DNA of 62,972 bases, counting the filler, from Kipferlia bialata (lineage: Eukaryota): NCBI GenBank assembly GCA_003568945.1. It is 3 parts of 3 records of this genome, joined end to end, with 100 filler letters (N's around TTAATTAATTAA, not from the genome) between each part and the next. Parts side by side here need not be neighbours in the genome. Positions count along the whole stretch, not along the records: positions 42,115 to 62,972 come from BDIP01000350.1; 2 more parts are not named here. One strand, given 5' to 3'. The stretch's first letter is position 1; every line of letters starts with the position of its first letter. A program made the translations under genes and the position numbers. Of the stretch, positions 52,401 through 62,972 are shown in pieces. The notes beneath the pieces were generated by a model. That model was not told the DNA's origin. It searched no databases and worked only from the letters and a program-made list of their open reading frames with translations.

Positions 52401-55400
52401 TACCCCCATCCCTCGTGTATTGGCACAGTACGTATGTGTATATTAGTAGTACATATACCTTGCAGTCTTTGGATCATGTCTATCAAACATTGATTCTACC
52501 TCCCTCCTAATAGGTCTCTGCACATACCATCCTATGACTGACATTATGTCATCTAACCTCCAGTCTCCACAGCGGAGTGGGACCCAAGTCCATAGACAGA
52601 CATACCATATTCATNNNNNNNNNNNNNNNNNNNNNNNNNNNNNNNNNNNNNNNGACATACCATATTCATACTATATATATTCCATATGTGATGTACCATA
52701 TACAAACTGGATACTATATATTTCTTCTAACCTCCAGTCTCCACAGCGGAGTGGGACCCAAGTACTGAGATAGACATACTGTACACATATTTTAGTAATT
52801 CTGTATACATGTTAAATACAATATATATAGTAAGTCTATAATATTGTATTGTCTACCCTTCAACCCCAGTCTCGATATACCATATACAAACTAAGCTATA
52901 TACATGTCTTCTAAGCCCCAGTCTCCACAGCGGAGTGGGACCCAACTACTGAGATAGACATACTGTACACCTATTATAGTAATTCTGTATACATGTTATA
53001 TACAATATATATAGTAAGTATATATTCTATGTATGTCTTCTGACCTCCAGTCTCCACTGCGGAGTGGGACCCAAGTACAGAACATGTCACAGGAGTGTAT
53101 GGAGACACAATCAGAGATGGTACGCAGTCCCAGCTAATAGTCACTACACATATCACACAGATAAGCATATACCCATATTACCATATTCACTACCATTTGT
53201 CTCCAACGTCAGAGGTCTCTGCGAGACAGAGGTACCCAGGTGTCCTCTCAGACGTACTGGACGCAATAGGTATGTATGGATACTATAGTCATACTCACCT
53301 GATATGGAATCTTGCGGGTTGAGAGTTTGTACGTCCGTGTCCCCCTAAGTGTCAAAGACTACGTATATGATTTGTATGCTTCAGTTTGCTATTTGTAGTT
53401 GTACAAGATAGAGTATATACTAAATACATACTATTCTACGAAAAGGTGCTCACCATATGCAATACATGGATTGTGTATGTGCTTCTTGCAGCTATTTGCA
53501 TTTCTGCAATAGTATATACTTAGTATATTGACTTCAATGAGTGCTCACCATATGTAATGTGTGGCTTGTGTCTGTGGGCCATCTGAAGTATAGAGAGAGA
53601 GGTATATTCATTATGGACAATTCAATAGGCGCTCATTCCAGGCAATGCGTGGCTTGTGTCTGTGGGCCATGATCACTTGAACAACCACGCCTTGGAGACT
53701 TCAGGTGTGTGCGCACATATATGTAGATATTGAATGAATGTCATTAGTGGTGTGTTCGTTTGCCAGCTCAGACCCCAGCTGCTGTGCGAATGAGTATTAT
53801 ATACGTACTCTGTGTAAATACTACACATCTACCTAATGTGTAGAGCATAATAATTCTGACCCCAGCTGCTGTCCAGCCATCCACAGCAGACAGACCAGTG
53901 ACACTGATGTGAGTATATACACAAATTTATCAGACAGACCAGTGACACTGATGTGAGTATATGTATAGTACTAGATACACACATATAAATATATATAGTA
54001 ATATGTATTTATGTACCATCCATCCACCGCAGACAGACCAGTGACACTAATGTAAGTATATGTATAGTACTAGATACACACACACATATATATATATAGC
54101 AATATGTATTTATGTACCATCCATCCACAGCAGACAGACCAGTGACACTGATGTGAGTATGCTCTGGTATATATATGTGTGTGAATAGTAAAAATCCATG
54201 TGTTAATGTAGGTACATATACTTTGAATGAATGTATATATACATCAGCCATTTCCAGCAGACAGGCCAGTGACATTAATGTTAGTATATATATAGAACTA
54301 AATGTATATATATATGTGTATTGTGTCTTAGTACCATCCATCACCAGTATAGTTCAATTATTGGATTATTCATTTCGTGCATACATATGAATCAGCCCTC
54401 GACAGCAGACAGGCCAGTGACATTAATGTAAGTGTATATATCTGTATTCTCTCTCACACACATATATATGCATTGTTAGTGCTATACCTAACATCAGGTA
54501 TGGCATGAAGACTTGCATCTCCGCCTATGGCATGCTGGACATGGATGCATACACAGGGGGGAGGGTGTTCAACCTCAGCATAGATGAAGGTACCACGACG
54601 ATACATTGTAGTATATATCTTGCGGCTATATTTGATAGACGCATAATCTAGTATTGGTTGTGTGTTCAAGCTCAGCCATTGTATCGGTGTATGTGATAGA
54701 TCTCCCTGGGACAGTCTCACCCCCAGGTGATCTATCAGTAGAGACCTTTCTGGCCAGGCTGGCACCAAGGGATAACAGGAACATTAGGTGACATGTTGCT
54801 GTTTCCATTGTACATACTATCTTACACATTATCGACTATATAGCTGCCTTCATTGTTTGATGATGATCACAGGGTATACGGGTATATATGGTGTTCACGT
54901 ATACTATCTGATGCCAGTTCAGAGGACTACCGCATTGCCCTCTACCCTGGCATGCCCTTTGTAGAGATGGAACAGACCACTACTGGGGTGTACAGAAGGG
55001 CCATATCATACATGCCAAGTACGTTGGTGTTGAAATAACTATATTACTCTCCTCTCTCTTCAACGTACAATTGTCATTGTGTTGTATATTCATGTGTCTT
55101 GTGACTACTAATCCCAGTCCTTGTCCGGCTCCACTTCTTCTGTCTTGATACATTTGTATATATATACATATACTAATACAGAGACTCTATATGTATATAC
55201 CCTTGTATTGTGTATATACAGAGCATACCTCACCCCAGTGCTTGTCCTCCTCCCCTTCAGCTGTCTCTTCTGCTGTCTCATGTGCTGTGTGTGTAGAAGG
55301 GCATATCCACGCAGGAAGGGCAGTTCACTATTGTGACTAGTACATTTTGATGTAGTATAGGAGCCTGCATATTAATATATATGTCCTCTCCTGTCTCATG

Positions 55401-55869
55401 TGTTGTGTGTGCAGAAGGGCCTATCCACGCAGGAGAGACGACTTGTCATGCTCAGTATAGTCAGTACACTTTGGTATAGTCCAAGAGGCTATTCATGTAT
55501 AGTCTTCATATGTCTCCTTCTCCGAGTTCATGTGATCGTTCAAACGTGTATTGTAACAGTAAATGTAGTGGTATACGGTACATGAGCCTTGATATATTAC
55601 TAATGGCGTCCTACTTCTGATCTCAAGTTGGTTCAAACTGAAACCTCATCTCTATTTATATTACTACTGTAATAGAGCAAATATTCCTGACTATCTTTCA
55701 TGACTATGTGTCTTGCGGAGGAGACGGTTCTGCTTATGACGGTGACGGTGGGGTGTATGGTGGAGAGAAGGAGGAGGAGGAGGAGAGGGAGGAGGATACT
55801 GGCGACTCAGATACCATGCCGGACCCTAGAGGCGTGGACAGGAGGGGCAGAGCTGATATAAGGGTGTAG
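49446..55869 (+). CDS. Calcineurin-like metallophosphoesterase, Dcr2/Sia1/PAP28-29-like, with a C-terminal TM segment; 5' end uncertain
   Basis: ITDLHL, PDLVVNTGD, GVPYLVTFGNH, IWVLDTH...QVEWV, PSLVYWHI, VSVGHDHLNN, SAYG...GGRVF. A hydrophobic Cys-rich segment AYLTPVLVLLPFSCLFCCLMCCVC and an acidic tail end at TAG, about 55869. Confidence 0.8.
50882..51330 (+). repeat. Degenerate tandem copies of an exon 3' end plus donor site (GGCATATCCAGAGGGGTACAG|GT), about 6 copies
   Basis: Copies near 50882 (true exon end), 50967, 51043, 51141, 51225 and 51306, separated by related AT-rich spacers. Confidence 0.85.
52553..53080 (+). repeat. Roughly 130-180 bp tandem repeat carrying acceptor plus exon start (CTAACCTCCAG|TCTCCACAGCGGAGTGGGACCCAA), 4 copies
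   Basis: Copies near 52553, 52727, 52910 and 53040 (true exon). A scaffold N-gap lies inside the array. Confidence 0.85.
52615..52653. other. Scaffold gap (39 N)
   Basis: N-run without the linker, inside a tandem repeat. Confidence 0.95.
53875..54435 (+). repeat. Degenerate tandem copies of an exon end plus donor (CAGCAGACAGACCAGTGACACTGAT|GTGAGT), about 6 copies
   Basis: Copies near 53881, 53931, 54025, 54125, 54255 and 54403. Confidence 0.85.
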
Positions 55870-55985
55870 AGAGAGAGAGAGACAGGACACTGGAGGCGTG
55901 GACAGGAGGGGCAGAGCTGCCAGAAGAAGGGGAGAGAGAGTACGTAGAGGTATGAGAGAGGACTACTACTCTATGGGAGGTGTAC

Positions 55986-57198
55986 TTAGTTCGCATTTGA
56001 AAGAGAATGCATAGTACATTCAATAGACAACCCATGTCTCCTTATCCTACCTTTGTCCCACTCGTGAAGCTGTGCCCACACCCTCTGCTCATCTGGGTAC
56101 ACAAGCGCCTCGTTGAGTGTAAGAAGAGTGGCAACTACATCTGTGGTCTGGTTGACGGTATCTCGTCTAGTCACCAGTCTGCTCAGACACCTCCTATCAC
56201 CTATGGAGGTGCAACCTGTGTTGTCGTTGAACGTGGTGTCCTTTGACAGATGGATCCAGTCTCCACTGATGGTGTCATAGGCATGTATTCCCTTCTGCCC
56301 GAAGAGCACTATCAGCCGGCCAGCAGTCTGTGTATAAGAATGACATTCAAATACATAATATGTGCCCAATACAAGTACACTGAATGTAAATGCATATTCA
56401 ACATACACATACCTGTGCCATACTGAAGTCTCCAAGACCCTGAGGCAGTAATCTATGCTCTGTCCAGCCGTGCTTGGGTGTGTAGGAGTGATGGGTCCTG
56501 TCTCCAGAGTGGAACACATGTACCACACCATCCACTGCAGTGAAAGCATTGTATGCTGGGGACTTTCTCTTGTCTATGGTGATTGTGTACAGCTCTGCGT
56601 CAAAGAGGTAGGTGTTGCACTTATCATTGAACCAGACGGTGTGGTCTCTGAGAGCACATGCAGATGGGAAGTGGAGTGGGTACAGCCTCTTGGGCTCGCT
56701 CGTTGGAAGTGTGACGTGAACTCCGTACCCATCAATGAAGGAGGTGGTTGTCGACAAGGAGACCCTACTCTCAACGCCGGCCTCGTAGCATCTGATGACA
56801 CACATGGGGTAACCCCCGTCAACATCATCAAAGGTCTCTCTGACGTCTTGATGCCCTATCACCACCCCACCAACCTCTACCAGGCAGTCACACTCCGTCA
56901 GGGGGGCAGAGCTAGGCTCCCACACTGACTTCGTGGATAACTGGTACTCTGATCTGTCAATGGATACATCTGAGACATTGTCCTGGGGAAGAGCGAACTG
57001 TAGGTAACAGTCGTGGGTGAAGGTCCGAGCAGCAGCGAGGCATGTATCAGAGTCCATGAGATGCACAATGTTGGACCGTAACAGGCCTCTCTCATTGAGG
57101 TGGGGTAGATCAAGACTAGTGAAGGTGACGGAGTCTACCTCAACGGCACTGCGGTGGTCTGCTCTCGCCTCAGAGTACCCGTAGGGCCTCTTTGCCAT
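55986..57198 (-). CDS. Kelch-like beta-propeller protein, two exons (intron 56328-56412)
   Basis: ORFs 56398-57210 and 55986-56549 join in frame via a GT-AG intron (DFSMAQ|TAGRLIV). Blades AFTAVDGVVHVF...HSYTPKHGWT and HAYDTISGDWI; C-terminal LNEALVYPDEQRVWA resembles 12189-13121. Confidence 0.75.
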
Positions 57199-58122
57199 GT
57201 GTGATATCACTCTCTGATTCGATTACGTGCTGACTGTAGAGGCAACCCTGGGGTCAGATACATTGGTAACATCTCTAACACAATGTGGCTAGATCAATAT
57301 AGGATAACAAGTATGACTCAATGTGGGAAGTTACCAGTGTGTTTGCTCCTTCTGTGATAGAGAAGAGGCTCTTCTCAGAAGAGCTCTGTGCTAATGCTGC
57401 TAGTTGCAGTAACTTACTGGCAGTAAGCTACTAACCCAAGTGACGCCATCAAGTGTTATCGTTGAGAGTTCAACTGTAGTCAACAGTGGATAGGATCTCG
57501 ACTGCAGTTCTATCTGCATGTTCTGAATACTATAGAGTGTAGAACACAATGTGTAATATGCAGCAAGTGCAAAGTAACCGAGCTTACGACGGGGCTATAG
57601 GGAGCGGTATCAAGTTGAGACTATCAACAAAGGATGGGAGAGTAAGATGGACTCTAACTGTGGGGGGACAGAACCGCAAACGGATAGTATATATGAACTG
57701 CCCCATCTCGGTATGGGCCACACCAGATACGGTGTACTACGCAGAGATTCAGTGAGAGTGTGGGGAGGACGGATACGAGTAGAAACTAATTCAGGATTAT
57801 GTCACCGGATTCTAGGGAAACATCAAATCTTTCACGTGCTTGTGGGCCACAAGTTGTGGCGTACATACTCCAAACACATGCAATACTAGAGGGGCGCTGT
57901 CTCGTGTGGGATTCCGATTAATGTCCCTGTTGGGACTTCAGGTGTGAATAGTAATAGTGTCATTTTGAGGGTATCTTCGAATCTATGATTGTATACATAT
58001 TAGATCTTCTACTGTATCAGTGCCACCCACTATACTGTAGAGTATACAGCAGAGGTTAAACAGTGATAGAGACTGGTGATGCCTGGAGTCTTTTCTCTAC
58101 CTACCATACTTCAAACCACTGA

Positions 58123-60436
58123 ATGGGACCATTCCTAAGCCGTTCCACTACTGGACGTGCCCAAAGGCTCTCCATCCCCACTGAGGCTCATACTCTGTCA
58201 GGCCTCGCTGCCTCTCTGTGGGATGAGGGGTTCCCTTCACTCACTGCACTCTTAGGTATTACTGTTGAGAAGTGAGTCAAACATATACTTATGTTACCGC
58301 TTGAGTCATGGTCCACTATATGGATAGTCTCAGAATCATAGTTTGTATCAGCCAATACCTCTCCTCACTTCTAGACGCCATGGCTGCAGAGTCCTGTGGA
58401 GAGTGGAAGAAGGGGAGGGTACCCCCTTGGATGGAAGGCAAGACCCATGGTGTCATCAAGTGCAGCTGTGACAGGGTTTCTCTACAGTACGAGAGAGACA
58501 CGTCAGGATTCAGACTTGGTGAATTCAGACACATGGGTGATGGCAGGTATGGACCGTATCAAACATTCATACAGCACTTACTATGTCCACATTCCTACTA
58601 CAACTTTGCTCCAAATTGGCCTCCAATATGGTTACTAATAGTAACTTACAATATATACATGAGTATAACAGCAGTGTCCTATCGAGTCATGCTGACTTCT
58701 GTGAGCACATGCCCAGAGACATGATTGCCACCGAGCAGTCGGAGAAGTCCTCTAACATCCCTCTCTACCTGTTGCATCAGGAGTTTTCGAGTATCAACAG
58801 TCTTCTCGAGAGAATGGATCAGGTATATGTGCAATCATACAGACAGGATGGCACTGCGAAGCGATAGTCGACTCGACACTATATGAGTCACTCATATATA
58901 CAAGTAGAAACACTTATAGAAGGATAGTTGTGATATATTCCTCGCTCATTTATCTTAAGGTCACCGGTGGCACGTGGGATGTCCTGCAAGCTCCTATCCG
59001 CAACGTTGGAGGTGAGTAAAGGACATATACATGAAAGAGAAGTGGCAACTTCTGTCAAAGATTGTTGGTATGCATAGAGGAGAATGACTGTCGTTGTGTC
59101 TCACTCTCAGTTGGGGTAATTGAGTGTGCGGGGTGTGGAAAGTGTAGAGTGTTGTACACTGTCATGGACGTCACTAGACTCAGACGGTTCCACCAAAGTC
59201 TCTTCTGTCCTACAAAGCGCTTTGACTGTCATGATCCAGCGTGTCCTGCTAATAGCAGTGCTAGAACCCATGGTATAGGTGAGTAACTAAGTTACTCACT
59301 GAGTAACTGTAGCACTGGGATCCAAACTAGTTACCAGGAAGTACAGTCTCTCCCTGTTACACTCCTATGGAGACTCTAACACAGACGTTTACTGTCACCG
59401 TGTAATTCCATCACGTCGCCCTAAGTACACGGAGACTCTATTGTGTGTACTGGGACCGTCGGAAGCTCTCTTTTGTGAGAACCACTCTGATGAGAAGAAA
59501 AGGCGCCTCTGTGTGTTGACAATACCAACGACTGGAAGCAGGGAAAGTAGGTCACACTACACAAGAGAGTTCATAAGACTGCCCCCTGGTATGGGTTTCC
59601 CTTATTTAACGTGTGCAGAGAGGCGTAATGATGGAATTCAGATGGGAGCGGAAGTGATTCTTACTCTAAAGTCGGAGAAGTACTGGGTGTATGCACTCTC
59701 TCTGGATTCGTATACCTGGAGGTGTCTTCCTAGCTCTCCTGAAACACAAGGGTCACTGGAAGAGACACCAGTGTGGCATTGGGAGATTGAACTGGAACCA
59801 GTGTTTGCACTGGATGGATGCTTACACCTGGTAGGAAGTGGATCCTATTCCGGTCAGCGGAGTGATGTACATACTGTACATTGGAGGCTAGATCTTGAGA
59901 CCAATGAGTGGTGTAACGTGCCTGTTCCTTTCCCACAGAGTGACTCTTTCCACCTCTCTGGGGGCAGCACTCAGACTGAGTGGTGTGTCGTTGGATGTAC
60001 TGTATATGCATTGCATGGTCAGATGCTTCTTGGTACGTACACAGATCAGTCTGGGTGGCAGATAGTAGTTACCCCAAGGAGGTCGGAATACCCACCCCCC
60101 AATGATTGGTGCCACTTCTACTCTGGAGCCGTAGCAGTTGGCCGGTATATTGTACGGTTACGAAACCAGAGAGACATCTACACAGTGATACCTGCGGTGT
60201 ACCATGCCTACGATACAGTGTCTGGTGAGACGGAGGTATGGTTGGGTGACAGACGTCTATCGGGTGTTCTGACAAAGGGGAACGCTGTTTATCCAATTTG
60301 GGTAACTGCGGATTTGGCGGGATACAGATGTCTCTTCTTCCTCCAGATTGGAGAGAAACTGAGGTGGAAGGATGAGCTTTCAGTGAATCTGGTAAGACAG
60401 GAGTTCGGAAGGTCAGACCCGGAGGGGTACATGTGA
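58123..60436 (+). CDS. Uncharacterised protein: MGxxxS N-terminus + 2 CCHC putative Zn modules + Kelch-like propeller (copy 1, 6 exons)
   Basis: In-frame splicing: MGPFLSRS...SLWDEGFPSLTALL|DAMAAESCGEW...IKCSC...|...HADFC...EFSSINSLLERMDQ|VTGGTWDV...|GVIECAGC...HDPAC...GI| into the long exon containing ORF 59441-60436 (YALSLDSYTWR, WRLDLETNEW, HAYDTVSGE). Confidence 0.72.
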
Positions 60437-60887
60437 ATATGAAGAGCAGTCAGGGGATAGGAATAGATCATACAGAGGGCCGAGAGGTCCAGAGACAGAA
60501 ATATGCGAGAATTGTGATACTGTGGAGAGGGTCAGAGGCTCTGACTCAGAGCTACATCCACTGGGCATATTATGATTCTTGTAACTTGTGACTACTTATA
60601 CATTCTAAACAGTGGCATTGTCAACCTCAATGCCAGTAGCAGTGTGTCATAGACTGTCTCTATTAGAGTGTGTATTAGGATGATATTATCCGGATCAACA
60701 CAGTAGACCTTCAAAGTCACTCACTGTTGTGAGTCACAAGAGGATGAGATGGTTTCACACGAATCAGACAGTGTCTGATTCAGACACTCAGTTAACCTCA
60801 GTGCAAATGCTGAATTCTCCACTCTTCCTCTCAAAGCAGATCATATCTCTGGGGGAACTAGGGATACTGAGTCAGTATCATACTGAC

Positions 60888-60960
60888 ACATCCCTCGCAA
60901 CAGCCCAGGCGCAGAGACTTCCCAATAAGAAGTTCTGAAGGCCCATGCCCTGTCAGGTAA
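60888..60960 (+). pseudogene. Degenerate relic of exon 1 of the flanking gene pair
   Basis: GCGCAGAGACTTCCCA...GAAGGCCCATGCCCTGTCAGG resembles GCTCAGAGACTGTCCATCCCGCCTGAGGCCCATACCCTGTCAGG (61185-61228) but is interrupted. Confidence 0.4.
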
Positions 60961-61148
60961 CCTCCGCAGTGTAAATATTGGCCCATATATGAGGGTATCT
61001 CTCTTGTGTGGAAGATACTCTTTACAGGTCTGAAGAAACCAAGGATTTCTGTAGAGTCTACGGTGTTGGCCCTATCCCCACTACAGCACATACACCACTG
61101 TCAATGCTAGTGTCGTCTTCTTTCCATATATTCAGCAGGTGCTGTACT

Positions 61149-62972
61149 ATGGGAACCGCATTCAGCCACAACAAGACAGGGCGTGCTCAGAGACTGTCCA
61201 TCCCGCCTGAGGCCCATACCCTGTCAGGCCTACCTGCCTCCCTGTGGGATGAGAGGTTCCCTACACTCAACGACCTCACAGGTATATTGTGTGTATTCAC
61301 TCTACTTGAGTTCTCTTCCGCTTAGTATGTGTTCACCGTTCACCGATAACCGTTCAGGTACCATGTGCGCAGAGTCCTGCCGGGACTGGGTGGAGACTAG
61401 GATCTTGCACTTACATCATGACCCGACTGTACCTGTTGTCACCATCCTTGCAATTAAGTGTGGCTACTGCAGAGTCCGCTTAGTCGAGTGTGTGTTGACT
61501 CGTGATGGGTACACACTGGGTCAGTTCTGTGACGTGTTTGGCAGAAGGTATATCGGCAATACTGTTGGCAACTACATTGTGATAGATGTTGGGATCTGAC
61601 CAGAACGACTGTGATATTCTTCCATCAGGGTTGGCGCTGTTGCCCACTCCTCGTACTGTCCACATGGCACAAGAGACACATACATACAAAGGAGCTCCCA
61701 AGAGTCCTCTGGTATCCCTGTCTCCCTGTGGGATGAGGAGTTTGGAAGTGTAAACAGTATGCTAGAGAGACTGGATGAGGTAAACATAGTACTGAGAATT
61801 GGTCTTTATGAATTGGGAGACATATCCCATAATAGAAACTGCATATATGTACGATTGGTAACCACCAGGTGGTATAGACTCTATACTTAGGATGTCTTAA
61901 GGGTGTCCAGCGCTGGGACTGTACCAGGATACAGTAGACAACATACTACTTCTGTGAGTTGAATCCTCACACGTCTCACTCAAGGTAACAGGTGGCACAT
62001 GGGACATAGGTCACCGACAGACTCTGCCTTTACCACCCACAGGCGGTATGGACACTATAGTATCTGACATCCATTGTGGAAGTTCGAAGGATGCGACGTC
62101 TATTTTGTACTGGTAACCAATGGTCAATATCCCTAACTATATCTTTAGTGCTCAATGACTCCCAGCCGGAACTGTTGAGTGCCAGACGTGTTGCCGCTGT
62201 TCTGTTGGATACACCAACAGGGGCATCGTACAGCTGAGAGGCTTCAGGAAGAAGTATACTATCGGTCCTCCCGAGGGTGATCTCCTCAATTATCACATTC
62301 CAACCTGCCAAAGTCGGCTACGAATTAGAACCGGTACGGTCAGTGACTAACATCGAGAGTTGTAACTTGGTTCAAATATTTAAATGTTGGGGTGCCTTGA
62401 ATGACTCTAGGCAACCAGTACCCGGATGTGTCTCTCCACCGTCTCTTCTCCCCAAGGGTGTCTGACCTTTCGGTACAATGTGAGGAGCTCCTAACTGTTC
62501 TCGGCCCTGGACAAGCCCTATTGAGAGTCAGCAGTTCAAGTGACGGACACGCGGACGCCACCAGTCTCTGTCTCATCACCATGCCAACTACTGGGGATAG
62601 AGAGACCAGGTCCCATCGCACTAGGGAGTACATCCAACTACCACCCGGGATGGTTATGCCCCTTCTTGTCACTCATTATGTCCACACATGCGTGCATGTA
62701 GGCAGTAGGCTTGTCATATCCCTATATCCTGTTGAGAGAACTGACTCATGGTCCCCAGACTGGGAGAACTACTCACTGTCCTTGGACACTTATGAATGGA
62801 AGCGTCTTCCCAGGCAGCCAACTCTCTTCCAATCTCCCCCAGAAGGGACCTGGGATCAAACAGACACTGTAGAGTTGTATCCGGAGATGAAAGTAGCGTT
62901 TGTGATGGGGGAAGAGGTCCATTATCTGGGCTTGCGTAGTGTATTCTTTGACTATGGCGATTCTAGGTTAAG
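61149..62972 (+). CDS. Uncharacterised protein: MGxxxS N-terminus + 2 CCHC putative Zn modules + Kelch-like propeller (copy 2, runs off window)
   Basis: Same intron positions and phases as copy 1: MGTAFSHN...SLWDERFPTLNDLT|GTMCAESCRDW...IKCGYC...|...HSSYC...EFGSVNSMLERLDE|VTGGTWDI...|GTVECQTC...HIPTC...| then LLTVLGPGQAL...MPTTGDRETRSHRTREYIQLPPGM...YSLSLDTYEWKRLP, open to the window end. Confidence 0.75.

Noticed and set aside
52553..54435. Repeat-spacer pattern resembling a CRISPR array
   Set aside because: Repeats are copies of host exon edges, spacers are related to each other and irregular in length, there are no cas genes, and the context is a eukaryotic intron.
55986..56549. Programmed frameshift or pseudogene between two overlapping Kelch-like ORFs
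   Set aside because: An ordinary 85-nt GT-AG intron (56328-56412) joins them in frame.
57240..58100. Possible gene, ncRNA or mobile element in plain intergenic DNA (also 13600-14200 and 20460-20980)
   Set aside because: I could not find a coherent spliced ORF, tRNA/rRNA signature, terminal repeats or transposase/RT motif by eye. An Rfam or repeat-library search would be needed.
14222..60436. Non-standard genetic code (TAA/TAG as Gln, as in hexamitid diplomonads)
   Set aside because: The conserved exons I translated have no in-frame TAA/TAG, and genes end at TAG, TAA and TGA where expected.
1..62972. Most ORFs in the six-frame track (SLSLSL, YIYIYI, ERERER, PPPPP peptides)
   Set aside because: They are read-throughs of intronic microsatellites or antisense shadows of real exons. 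The coherent proteins appear only after splicing.

Overview
This is eukaryotic, extremely intron-rich genomic DNA in the standard genetic code, not prokaryotic DNA. Introns are short GT-AG, with a branch-like CTRAC/CTCAC a few nt before a C-rich 3' splice site, and are full of (CT)n/(AT)n microsatellites. This style, plus the 'AYDTISG' Kelch-like family, resembles the free-living fornicate Kipferlia bialata (inference only). The window is a concatenation of at least three contigs joined by N-TTAATTAATTAA-N linkers (about 20983-21081 and 42015-42114), plus one scaffold gap. Splicing exons by eye gives, in order: a TM2-domain protein; a multipass membrane protein with a phosphatidylserine-synthase-like motif; a PKD2/TRPP channel; an intronless Kelch-like propeller; a tandem pseudokinase-coiled coil-kinase; a cN-II-type 5'-nucleotidase; IPK1; an apparent fusion of an alpha-actinin-type CH1-CH2 domain to condensin CAP-D2; a bacterial-type M18 aminopeptidase; a truncated beta-ureidopropionase; the 3' part of a P4-ATPase; an RI-type LRR protein; a Dcr2-like metallophosphoesterase; another Kelch-like protein; and a tandem gene pair with an unrecognised architecture (MGxxxS N-terminus, two C-x1-2-C...H-x3-C modules, Kelch-like propeller). 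The best leads are that CCHC-module/propeller pair, the pseudokinase-kinase tandem, the CH-condensin fusion (possibly a mis-join at a poly-G tract), and pervasive 'echo' copies of exon edges inside introns. All exon boundaries were read by eye, and many 5' ends are uncertain.
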